A stretch of DNA of 64,000 bases. It comes from Octopus sinensis. Its lineage: Eukaryota. Of the stretch, positions 51,784 to 64,000 are shown piece by piece. A model generated the notes under the pieces. The model worked only from the letters and a program-made list of their open reading frames with translations. It had not been told where the DNA came from and searched no databases. Made by a program: the position numbers and the translations under genes. The stretch is from contig NC_043017.1 of the NCBI RefSeq assembly GCF_006345805.1, forward strand, positions 25,730,001-25,794,000. Direction: 5' to 3'. Each line of letters opens with the position of its first letter. Within the stretch, counting starts at the first letter, position 1.

Positions 51784-53746
51784 CTGAAAACCGATGCCAA
51801 AGTAACGCAAAATTGGAATTATTCAATTAATAAATAGTATCAATATGAATAATGATTTATGTATAATAATTTCAAACAAATGAAGACAATATATTTAAAA
51901 TAATGAAAGATCTCCCAAATGTTCCACGTAAATTAAATCAAAATAAAATATGTTCTTGTAATGGAAAAGCACATATATGAGCACAAAATTTAATCACAAC
52001 ACAAATATTATTTTTAATTACAGACTATTCGCTAAGTGTACACTTGCTTGTGTTAGTGATATACAATTTTGCGCAGAGATTTTTACTATAATTCTTCCAT
52101 ACTGATTCCGCATATATTTGTCTCTCCTGTCACATGACCAAAATATGCTTTGGGAGTGTTGCACTTGAGATCAATTACGATTTACTTAGATTGTTCTGTC
52201 AGTCATCTCCTATCAAAGTTGTGCGACCTGCCCGAGCCAATTTATCTCCATCATACGAGACGTGCCAATCGAACAATGAAACACGAATGTCTGATTAGCG
52301 CTGCACTGATATTTTGCTTGCTGAAATAAGCCACGAGTGCTTTCCACGACTACAAGTGCTAGCATTGGCTCACTAATACTAGTTGGTCCTGGTTGTTGAG
52401 AGTTTGTTGTGTGCTCATCCACTCATCGTGTAGTTATATTCACTAACTCAATTAGCTTATCTGCAGAAATATTTCACATCTATCACGCTGCATCCCATCA
52501 GTTCAACGCAACCTGGCTCCGGTGGTTACATGCTATTTAACTTATAGCTGGGTCTATGACAGGTGTAACTACCTGTAGCTCCAGGAATAGTGGCTAGGAT
52601 GTTGTCCGACACTCATTAAAACATAAAACTCCCAGACCAGTTTAACTTCATGCATCTTTCAATCGATCCTACATAACACATTTATTACATAATTTATAAA
52701 TATACACGATGTATTTACCATCGAAGCAGAATTAATTGCTATTACAAATTAAGATAAGGACATGCGATATGAGAATTGTGAAGCTATATATAAGACAAAT
52801 CTGTTGCTAATTATCGTATTGTTTTTTCTTTGGCCAGACATAAAGTCATGAGTGCTCAAATTCATATTTAAACATTGACTATAAGTTTTTGAAACGCAGT
52901 ATGCCTTCAGGATTACATTGCTTTGTATACACTTGGATATTTCCAAAGGTAGTATATTGTGATTATAGAGAAATTGGGTTGTTCTTCTGTGGAAGTCGAG
53001 CGAATGCGCTGGATCTAGTCATTAGTCGTTAGCATGTAAATTATAGTAATATATTTAATATATAAATAATACAGCAAAGAGACACATATTGAAAAGCTTT
53101 GTTACAAGAGTAGAGAGGATATCACATTAGAAGCTTCCATCAGCATGCACCGCATGTGTCCTCACTAATCACTTACACACGTATTTCTGAAGCATGAATT
53201 ATTGGATTTCTCTGTGGCTTGGTATGGTATCATTGCTAAAAGTTTTGTTCATAGATTTCTTTCTTTCTTTCTATGGGATTTGGATTCCGAAGGATTTATT
53301 GTTATTCTCACAGAACGTGCAATTTTCATTCATGCAGATATTTTCCAAGAGAAAGACGATTAAGAAATGTATTGTTTATTCTTTAGGCAAATAAGAAACA
53401 CAACGTAAATTGTACAGAAGTTTCGGTAGGCCGTGATTTTATTTTACTGTGTAAACTGCCATAGAAATACATTTCTCGACGTTTCCACCTCAAGATTTCG
53501 TACAAATATGTTAAGATTAGTTTCTGATGCAGATATACACGAACAGACCTGACCGTAAGCATATATATTTATATATATTGTTATTCTACCAATTATATAC
53601 GTTTTTATTATTTCTTTGCAATTTACCTAATCATTGGCATATTATTGCTATTTTAATTTTAATATTTCTATTATATGTAATTTTCTACATGGTGTAATTT
53701 AATTGTTCATTTTGAATTAATAAAAAGTGTTTTTTTCTTTCTAATT

Positions 53747-53777
<31 letters not shown>

Positions 53778-54414
53778 TATATATATATTATATTGTGTGA
53801 AATTTGATTTAGTATTTCTAAATTGAATTTTTCCCTGTAAGTTAGGATTAATATTCCCTCAAATAATTATTTTGATCTCAACATGCAAAGAACCAAAATA
53901 ATTAACGAAAAGCATCAATCCGAACCGACGTACTTATAGTGTCGCCAATCCAATACATTAAAATGGTACTTCTATCAGCCTCGAAAGGATGAAGTACAAT
54001 GTTGATCTGTACTTGATTCGAACAGAACCGATAACGTGAGTCATTCTTTCCGAGATCAAGTCTGTTTTCTGTTAAAACAAATAATGGTTTGAAATATTTG
54101 ACATAATATATACATTACATGATAATTTCACCTACAGGATTACATTCAAATGTGGATGTCATATCAGACGTCCAATAATGTGGAGAGAAGGATACTAGCA
54201 AATTTTAGTATGTTATTGCTTCTTGAATTATATTGATCCTGAAGTTGTAAAAGGCTAAGTGGACTTCGCCGAGATTTGAGTTTTACACTTAAAAAACGGG
54301 AGAAAATACCGCTAATCATTTTGTCCGATGCGTTAACCCTTCTTCTAGCTCGCCGCATTTGAAATCACATTTTGACAAAAGGTCAGCATTGTTAGGAGAG
54401 AGGTTAAAAACTGG

Positions 54415-54702
54415 CATTCCACCGGTTACGACGAGTGGAGTTCGGGAATGCTAGTGAAATTAACGAGGAGCAAGTAGTTGAGTAAATGCTTATACTCTTG
54501 ACCTAGTTCAAAGGGAGATTCAGCGTGACTCGGAGTGTAACAACGCTGCCCCCTTGAAGTACATTTACCACTCATTTTTAACATCTGAGGGGACAAGAGC
54601 AACATAAAATGTCTTGCACATGGACACAACGCACCGGCAGGAATCGAACTCAAGACCAGACGATTGTGAGCAAACAGCTGAACAACTGAACCACGTGCCA
54701 TC
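54415..54702 (-). mobile_element. Degenerate family D SINE with tail T1
   Basis: Reverse complement has a tRNA-like head, tgtgtccatgtgcaagacattt, then gtcacgctgaatctccc...gttaatttcac...cgtcgtaaccgg. A similar older copy lies at 32262-32575(-). Confidence 0.65.
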
Positions 54703-54729
54703 AATGGGAGAGATTATATCTATTTTTTT

Positions 54730-54955
54730 ATTATTGCCCACAAGGGGCTAAACATAGAGGGGACAAACAAGGACAGACAAACTGATTAAGTCGATTACAT
54801 CGACCCCAGTGCGAAACTGGTACTTTATTTATCCACCCCGAAAGGATGAAAGGCAAATCGACCTCGGCGGAATTTGAACTCAGAACGTAACGACAGACGA
54901 ATTACCCCTAAGCATTTCGCCCGGCGTGCTAACGTTTCTGCCAGCTCGCCGCCTT
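54730..54955 (-). mobile_element. SINE family A with TSD
   Basis: gagattatatc flanks both sides (about 54710-54720 and 54958-54968). Confidence 0.9.
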
Positions 54956-56184
54956 GGGAGAGATTATATCGATTATATCGATCACAGTCCGGAAAATGGC
55001 ATTGTTTTATCCAAATCATAAAAATTAAAATACAAAGTTGACCTCCGCTGGGTTCGAACTCAGCGCACACAGCGTACGTACAAATACTGCTAAATATTCT
55101 ATCTGATGTTCTCTCAATCCGGCTGGTGCTTCATTAACTTTGCCAATTTATCGGCAATTCTACTCCCGGAGAATCAATAATGCGATATACTAATTGTGCA
55201 ACAAATAAATATTTTCCTAGCGATCAACAAGGTGTTGTATTCAGTTACAGATTTCTTTGAACGCCCGCGCGTGTGTGTATTCAATTTAACGACGTTTTCC
55301 TCTTATTTTTTTCATCTATATTGTTATTGTCTACGGAATTCTCGTCTAATGTTTTCTTCTAATTTTCCACTGTCACTTCGATTTTATATGTTCCATATTT
55401 TTACTCATTCTTTTTTTTTTTTGTATCATATATTTTTTTTCTCTCAACAATGTGAAGCTGTCAGTATCGTGTACAATTCTTTACTCAACATCCGTTTATC
55501 TCAGCAAACATCCGATTATTGCAGATTTTGTTTTTTTTACTTCTTTATTCGCTTTTCTGATCGTAACTTTACGGTATTTTATTGTTATATATGAAATCCG
55601 TTTATTATAACAACAACAACAACAACAACAATAGTAATAATAGAAATAATAACAATAATAATAACAATAATAATAATATTAATAATAATAATAATAATAA
55701 TTATTATTATTATTATTATTATTATTACTAATATTATTATTATCGCATCCCGTTGTTACATGTTTGTCGTGTTTTATTTTCGTCAAGATTATTCTCCTTA
55801 TTTTTATCATCATCATCCCCATCATCATCATCATCATCATCATCATCATGATAACCATCATCATCATCATCATCATCATAATCATTGTTATCATTATCAT
55901 TATTATTATTAATTTTATTGTAGCAATTATTGTCTTCTCCTCATCACCGCTTTTATAATCTAAAAAAAAACAAAAAAAATTAACAGTGTTAATGACATCT
56001 TTGCTGTTAAGCTTTCTATTATTGCCGATCCGATGTGGCTTCAGTTAATTGCTGTTACTGCGACTGATGTTTCTCTTGCTGCTGTTGTTGTTATTAACAT
56101 CAATTCAGACCCTTGTCAGAAGAGATGTCTTGTAGCTTCGGTCATTCACCTTTTCATTCAAACACTGTGTATATAGATCTATAT

Positions 56185-56300
56185 TGTTTAATACATCCTT
56201 CTTAATATAAAATCCATCTCGTTTAATACAACCTTCTTAATATAAAATCCATATTGTTTAATGCATCCTTCTTAATATAAAATCCATCTCGTTTAATATA
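56185..56300 (+). repeat. 36-bp tandem repeat (~3 units)
   Basis: gtttaatacatccttcttaatataaaatccatctc repeated. Confidence 0.9.
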
Positions 56301-56375
56301 TATATCAGGTGGTGCTATTAAGTTACACATGGCCTGGACCAATCTCTGGTCGAAACATATCTAAGTTTTATCTAA

Positions 56376-56414
<39 letters not shown>

Positions 56415-56458
56415 AGATGTACTCGCATAGCAAGTAATTTGATCTGAGATCGTGTGCT

Positions 56459-56509
56459 GACCTGTCCACTGACAAAACTCCGTGCTGCATTTTTGTCAGT
56501 GGACAGGTC
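56459..56509. other. Perfect 19-bp GC-rich hairpin
   Basis: gacctgtccactgacaaaa - 13-nt loop - ttttgtcagtggacaggtc. Confidence 0.9.
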
Positions 56510-56830
56510 GCGGATTTTAGCGACGAAAATATTTTGACAAATTAAACTTAAATGTTGAAGTGAATCGAACGGCTTTTGTGTGTTTCTTAAATGGCTTATA
56601 AACACCTTCCACGCTGCAATTGTTATATATATATATGAAGTAAACATTTTCTATTTATTTTAAGTTTGATTCCTGATAAACTCATGTTGATCTTTGTCAT
56701 CATCTGTAAGCTATGAGCATAATGTGCTTGCATATGTTAGTTCAGGGTTAAAACATGTAATTATACCGGCAGTATAGCGGATATCTTTATTCCGTAGACG
56801 GTTATTCTAATCTCTAACTTTACTAACCTT

Positions 56831-56905
<75 letters not shown>

Positions 56906-57285
56906 ATATAACAATATTGACCGAGGTTACCGTGGTCTTTTTCGTAGGCTTTTCTTCCCACGGATAAACCTTATCTGCTTCCCCCTTTACACCGTACATC
57001 ATGACACTGTGATACACAAGCCCTATTGGTCGTTTTTTTCCTCTTCCCCTCTTTTCCTCTTTTTTCTTTTTTCCTTTTCCTTTTCTTTTGTTTATTTTCC
57101 TTTTTTCTTCCTTTTTTCTTTTCTGTTTTCCCTTTTACAATCCCTTTTGATCGAAAACCTACGCCACTTTTTTGTTTTTTTCATCCCCCAAAGGAAAAGC
57201 TCTACCTTGTAATTTGTCCCATCTGTGTGCAGCCCTGTGTGGCCAATAAAGAAACTTATCTGTCTATCTATCTATCCATCCATCC

Positions 57286-57342
<57 letters not shown>

Positions 57343-58224
57343 GTACATCAGTAAGTAGTACATCAGCCAATCGGTGCAAATAAAATTCAGGGTATTTCCC
57401 TCACGAATAATATTGAAGTTTCCCATAATGAGAAAGTGTCGTTACTCTCTGACCGTAATATAGTAGGGCTGATGATGTATGAGCCAATAAAACGAACGCA
57501 GTCTGTATCGATTGCGAGCTTTCACAAATCAAAGTGAAAGTTAATACAAAGCGAGATCTTCAGAGAGAATGGACGTAAATGTCTTTCTGCACGTGACATT
57601 GCAAGTATCTTGAATACTTCATGCCAGTAATATAAGCCATACGCATGAAATTTGTCTGAAAGATAAAATGCAACCTGCTCCCCAAATAATAATATTAATG
57701 AATAAGTAAAATGAAAATCAGAAAAGATAAACTTCCCTAGGGGAAAAAATCTCCTATGAGAACAAAATTTCCAAACCACGTAAATAAAGAGGAATAAGTC
57801 AGCAACAGACGTTCTGGAAAGGAAATTGTTGGAGATCGAGAACAATGTGAGATTGTTTTAGGAAAAAGAAACAAGAAAAGACCAGGTTTATGGAAAATAT
57901 TAAGCTTATCCTAAAGCTTTCTTTGAATTTGTTAAAAAAAAAAACGACACCGGTGCATTGCATTTTAAGGCTATTCTTTCAAGAAAATGGATCTGTGATT
58001 ATAAGCCAGAAAGAGTAGTTAAACACCGTTTTCACTTCTCCTAGTTTGGAAGTGAGCGAACTAGATTTTTTGCTTGACACCACAACTAGTGGTAAAGAAT
58101 GAGCAGCGGTTGAATGATATCAACATAAAATAAGACTTAATACTGGCCATGAGCGAAATATGCTTTAACTCACCTTCTCGCTCAGGCGTGTTAGACGAGC
58201 AGATGACACGGTGTCTCAATAATA

Positions 58225-58460
58225 AAGGCGGCGAGCTGGCAGAAACGTTAGCACGCCGGGCGAAATGCTTAGCGGTATTTCGTCTGCGCTAAGTTGTGAG
58301 TTCAAATTCCGCCAAGGTCGACTTTGCCTTTCATCCTTTCGGGGTCGATAAATTAAGTACCAGTTACGCACTGGGGTCGATGTAATCGACTTAATACCTA
58401 TGTCTGTCCTTGTTTGTCCCCTCTGTGTTTAGCCCCTTGTGGGTAATAAAGAAATAGGTA
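58225..58460 (+). mobile_element. SINE family A, full length, 11-bp TSD (reference copy)
   Basis: TSD tctcaataata at 58214-58224 and 58461-58471. A-box-like tggcagaaacgttag, B-box-like gagttcaaattcc, central gactttgcctttcatcctttcggggtcgataaattaagtaccag, 3' end aaagaaataggta. Confidence 0.95.
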
Positions 58461-58920
58461 TCTCAATAATATATATGTAGCCAGTAACGCTTAACGTTAA
58501 TATTTCCACGTTTTGTCGTCCAGACGGATAGGGACATTAAGCAACTTGTAAATACATTTTGATTGTGCACATAATATGGTACTCGAAAGGTATAATTACT
58601 CTTTCTGGTTTAGGCAAAAAGCCAGCAATTTTCAAGGATGGTCAGAGAGATGAAAGACATACTTGGTTTCGGGATTTCAACTCTGGACATAAACTGCCGA
58701 AATATATGCTATAAAGCTTAATTCTTTAACCCTCAACATTCTGCCAATTCAGCGCCCACAATGAAATTTCAATATTATATATTTCTGCCACTTCCATTTT
58801 TAACTAATTAGCATTTTACTTAATATTGTGAAAAATTGATTTGCGAAATCCTTGGCCTCATGCAATCTCCAAAGGTCACTATTAAAATTTAGTACGGACC
58901 GCTGAAATTTCACTACCGGC

Positions 58921-59300
58921 CCATGGTTCTGGGTTCAGTCCCACTGCGTACCACCTTGGGCAAGTGTCTTCTACTCTAGCCTCAGGCCTACCAAAGCCTT
59001 GTGAGTTGATTTGGTAGACGGAAACTGAAAGAAGCCTGTCGTATATGTGTATATATATATATATATGTGTGTGCGTATGTGTGTTTATATCTGTGTGCCT
59101 GTGTTTGTCCCCCCAACATCGCTTGACAACCGATGGTAGTGTGTTTAAATCCCCGTAACTTAGCGGTTCGGGTTAAAGTGGCCGATATAATATGTACTAG
59201 GCTTACAAACAATGAGTTCTGTGGTCGATTTGATCGACTAAAGGCGTTGCTCCAGCATGGCCGCTGTCAAATGACTGAAACAAGAAAAGGAGTAAAGAGA
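58921..59300 (+). mobile_element. SINE family B, slightly 5'-truncated
   Basis: Direct similarity. Other partial or degenerate copies lie at about 5140-5280(-), 7120-7480(+), 11130-11330(+), 15190-15330(-), 19690-20000(+), 21620-21910(+), 22330-22600(+) and 23165-23410(-). Confidence 0.85.
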
Positions 59301-59714
59301 TTTTGTAATAATTGCCTCATAAACATTTTGAATATGAACAAAACAAGTAATAGAAGATGGGACTTGATCTCAGAGCAGGGACAGACGAATCTATATTGAA
59401 AACCCAATTTAATCCATTGCACAAAATATTCTGTAAAACATGCGATTACGTAAATCTATGAAAAACAAATATATACAAATTTATTTCTACATGAAGAGTA
59501 AAAAAAATTCTAGAGTATGTATTATTTGTACCAATTCATATAAATAATTAAACGTTTTAATAGAATATTAAGTTTTAAAAGTCTTTCTCATATTCTTTGG
59601 TGTTCCGATTTTTTCTTGCTTTTTTGTTTTTCTTTCTTTCTTTTAGTCAGCGTTTCTCTCAGAAATTGCTTAGAGCGCTTTCACTAGAGACTTCAGCCAA
59701 AACTAAAACTAAAG

Positions 59715-60200
59715 TATTACACACACGCATATATATACTAATATTTATATAGCATGTATGTATTTAAATAAGTAAATTATATACATATATATTACACACA
59801 CGCATATATATACTAATATTTATATAGCATGTATGTATTTAAATAAGTAAATTATATACATATATATTACACACATATATATTAGTATATATATGCGTGT
59901 GTGTAATATATATTTATATAATTTATAATATTTAAATAATACATGCATACATACTTTATAAACATATGTATATATATATGTATGTATATATGTCTATCTT
60001 TGTGTGTATGTGTGAGTGTTCTTGTGTTCTTGTGTGTATACATGTATATATGTGGATACGAGTGTGTATATCTACATGTGTACATATATATATATGTATG
60101 TATATATGTGTATCTTTGTGTTTATGTGTGAGTGTTCTTGTGTTCTTGTGTGTATACATGTATATATGTGGATACGAGTTTGTATGTCTACATGTGTACT
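59715..60200. repeat. Tandem duplications (~70 bp x2 with an inverted copy; ~110 bp x2)
   Basis: tattacacacacgcatatatatactaat occurs twice directly and once inverted (~59880-59908); gagtgttcttgtgttcttgtgtgtatacatg occurs twice. Confidence 0.8.
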
Positions 60201-60576
60201 TTGAGTGATTCTTTATCCAGATTTAGAGATTAATTTTCCACTAAGTTATGAAATTCTGCCATTTTCCATTCTTAATCTGTTCTTTAGTTTCATCACTTAC
60301 GGACACAAAACTGAAGTCAAAGAAAAAAACAAAAAAAAGAAATATATGGAAAGCAATAATTGGAATTTTTGAAAAGTTTCCAAGAAATTTATTATTTGGA
60401 AACATAAGTTCCTTAGAAAATTGATGAAAAAAAGTATCATCTCACCTCGGCTCTACTTTAAATTTGCCTTAGGCAAGACTTTATAATGGATGTTTATGAA
60501 AATATTATAACTTGCTATACGAAACATCAGCGTATGTAAAAACAATAACAAGTGTTTCGCGATAAATGTCTGCATG

Positions 60577-60667
<91 letters not shown>

Positions 60668-60717
60668 GTATATGTATATATATATATACATACATATATA
60701 TATATATACATACATAT

Positions 60718-60750
<33 letters not shown>

Positions 60751-61360
60751 CACACATATGCATTTATATATATATGTATATTTGTGCATATGTATGTATT
60801 CATACACCCACACACTTGTATCGTAGAGAGATTACTGCCTTTACTTGTTGATTTCAATTTACATACGATAGGCAAAAATAATCTCAACACATATTTTGCG
60901 TAAAAGGCGAATTTGGCTTCCAATAGCGATATAACGTGTCGTTTATTATACACGTGATCGAATCTCCCGAAACATACGAAGATTGAAAATATAAGGCACC
61001 CTTTTCATACACAGTTGGCAAAGGTTCATCGTGGATAGTCAAATACTTAATTTCCTGAAGTAATTAACAATTGCTACAAACACATATTAGATTCATGAGT
61101 CCTGGATACTTTGTCTGAGGAGATACAACTATGTCAAAACACTGGGTGATCGAAAATCGCCTTACACTAATGAATCAAGTGTTTCATGGTCACAGACGCG
61201 TCTGTTAAAATAGGATGTTCTTAAATGTATGCACTATGAATAGTTTCACGTACTTCAGGCGCTGATTGAACGTATGAACGTACATACATACATACATACA
61301 TACATACATACACACATACATACATACATACATACACACATACATACATACATACATACA

Positions 61361-61394
<34 letters not shown>

Positions 61395-61403
61395 CATACA
61401 TAC

Positions 61404-61635
61404 AAGGCGGCGAGCTGGCAGAAACGGTAGCACGCCGGGCGAAATGCGTAGCCGTATTTCGTCTGCCGCTACGTTCTGAGTTCAAATTCCGCCGAGGTTG
61501 ACTTTGCCTTTCAATCTTTCGGGGTCGATAAATTAAGTACCAGTTACGCACTGGGGCCGATGGAATCGACTTAATCGCTTTGTCTGTCCTTGTTTGTCCC
61601 CTCTATGTTTAGCTCCTTGTGGGTAGTAAAGAAAT
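61404..61635 (+). mobile_element. SINE family A within a (CATA)n tract
   Basis: Full-length match to the family. Confidence 0.9.
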
Positions 61636-62158
61636 ATATATATATACATACATACATACATACATACATACATACATAAGCACGCGCACATGTATACCCG
61701 CTGAATGCAGCAAACGAGTGTTAATTCTATGTTTGATAGCTTTGCAAAACAACGTTTGAAAAGCCAAATGCGGTAGGATTCCGAAATCACAATCCTAGCC
61801 TTTGTCAAACATCTAAAAATCATTATAAAAAATTGTACTTTTAATATGACGTCATAATTTTTTTCAAGTTCATACGGCCAATGTTAATAGTCACATTTAG
61901 GGACGCTTATTAAACGATACTTTCAGCATTTTGATGAAATAGAATCGATCGCCACACAGGTACATACGCATCTATATGTATTCAGGTACGTATTTATTCA
62001 TATATGCATGTGTGTGTGTCTGTCTATATATATATACATACATCGATTCACTCACACATATATATTTGCATACATAAAAAAATATTGGTATATACTTATA
62101 TATAGTGTTTATATATATACATATATATATATATACATATATATATATAAAGATATTA

Positions 62159-62206
<48 letters not shown>

Positions 62207-62233
62207 ACGATATATATATATATAAGATATAAA

Positions 62234-62266
<33 letters not shown>

Positions 62267-62658
62267 GATATATAAATATATACAATTATATATAATATAT
62301 ATATATATATGTTTATATATACATATATATATATATATATACAAATATATCTATATAGAGAGAGAGATACAGTGAGAGAGAAAAAGGAAACTTGGGAGAG
62401 ATACAGAGTAACGAACACATACGTACATAAGGGGCCTGCCTCTGTATGAGATTCCGCTCATACAGTTTGCCTATGTATACATGGATTTACATCATAGTTT
62501 TCTGTACAAACCCATATGAGAATAACACACTATATTCAAGCTAACACACACTTACACACGTTCGTACTCACACACGTTCGTACTCACACTCATATATCGA
62601 TGCTATCAATGCAAATATATATAGTATACTTTTCATATATATACACATGTACATATGC

Positions 62659-62713
<55 letters not shown>

Positions 62714-63160
62714 ACATATGATATATATATATATATAATATATATATATATAATATATATATATATATAATATATATATGTACATATGCTATATATATAT
62801 ATATATATATATATAGCATATGTACATGTGTATATATATGTTTAATATTTCATAAGTAATAGATTTGAAATGCAATATTTGATTGTCCCTACTGTCAGGT
62901 ATATCCAAGCCTTTCCTCGTAAATATTTTGTCGTATTTTTTCATACTCTTATATTCATGCATTCACTTTGATCTCTATATATTTTAATATATCTCCAACT
63001 TTAATATTCTCCCAGTTATAACGTAAAAAGGGACATTTTTTTAAACGTAAAACGGGCACACTTGTATTAAATATAGAATTTTGTAAGTTGAAAATGTGTG
63101 TTTTTTTTTTTTTTCTCCATATATAACACATTACACACACACGCAGACACACACACACAT

Positions 63161-63194
<34 letters not shown>

Positions 63195-63516
63195 GTACAT
63201 ATAAATATTTATATTTGTTTGTATACGTTTATGTATTCATATACACACACATATATATATTGTATATTTCTATGCATGTGTGTATATATGAGAGGTATAT
63301 CCGTGTGGGTGTTTGTGTGTGTATGTGTGCGCGTGTGCACGTGTGTGTATGCAAATATATATAAATATACATATATATATATATCATTTTGTTTGTTGGT
63401 AATTTATATTATATATTTCTTCATATATATCAAATTATATAAACGTATCTATCTATATATCTATCTATCTATCTATCCATCTATATATATATAGATACAC
63501 ACACAAGCACACTCAC

Positions 63517-63547
<31 letters not shown>

Positions 63548-63571
63548 CATACGTGCGCATGTGTATGTATA

Positions 63572-63606
<35 letters not shown>

Positions 63607-63716
63607 GTGTGTGTGTATGTATGTATGTATGTATTTATATATATATATATATATATATAGATATATATACATATATATATATACATATATATATATACAC
63701 ATATATATATATATAC

Positions 63717-63764
<48 letters not shown>

Positions 63765-64000
63765 ATGCATCTTTCTGTATAACACATGCGTTTTTGCTGA
63801 AATATCTTTTAAATAAAATATTAAATAACGTTTTCAATATGTCGACAAAGAGGAGCAAAGAGAAAATTAATTTCTTAACCCCTTGTAGAACTAGAAAAAT
63901 TTCCGCAAGTAAAACAGGGGAGCTGTGCAGGAATATTAGCTAATATACCGCCATCGAAGTTCACAATGATGTCCCTACTTGCAGTTCCATTCTGTTGAAA

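Noticed and set aside
53169-53363. Two overlapping ~65-codon plus-strand open frames
   Set aside because: T-rich composition lowers stop frequency; no recognisable domain or convincing splice pair.

Overview
This is eukaryotic, very AT-rich, microsatellite-dense genomic DNA. The repeat families (tRNA-headed SINEs of the octopus OK/OR type) point to an octopus or other cephalopod; this is recognition from memory, not a database result. It is not prokaryotic: there are no operons, CRISPR arrays or rRNA. Nearly all ORFs in the supplied track are artefacts of (TA)n/(CA)n/(TATC)n/(GAA)n repeats or of SINE sequence. The window looks mostly intronic or intergenic. It contains (i) dozens of copies of at least four tRNA-derived SINE families, several with clear target-site duplications (TSDs) and several in head-to-tail arrays; (ii) decayed LINE (RTE-like) and DNA-transposon fragments; (iii) several long foldback (MITE-like) palindromes; (iv) several minimal type-I hammerhead-ribozyme-like motifs typical of Penelope-like elements, one with a near-intact fold at 39909-39960 (-); (v) local tandem duplications, some possibly assembly artefacts, and a 100-N gap. 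Two short, phase-compatible minus-strand exon candidates (33817/33807-33686 and 454-355) could encode part of a membrane protein with a PNxITFxG motif of CDP-alcohol phosphotransferase type. That gene call is tentative. Repeat boundaries are approximate unless a TSD is quoted.
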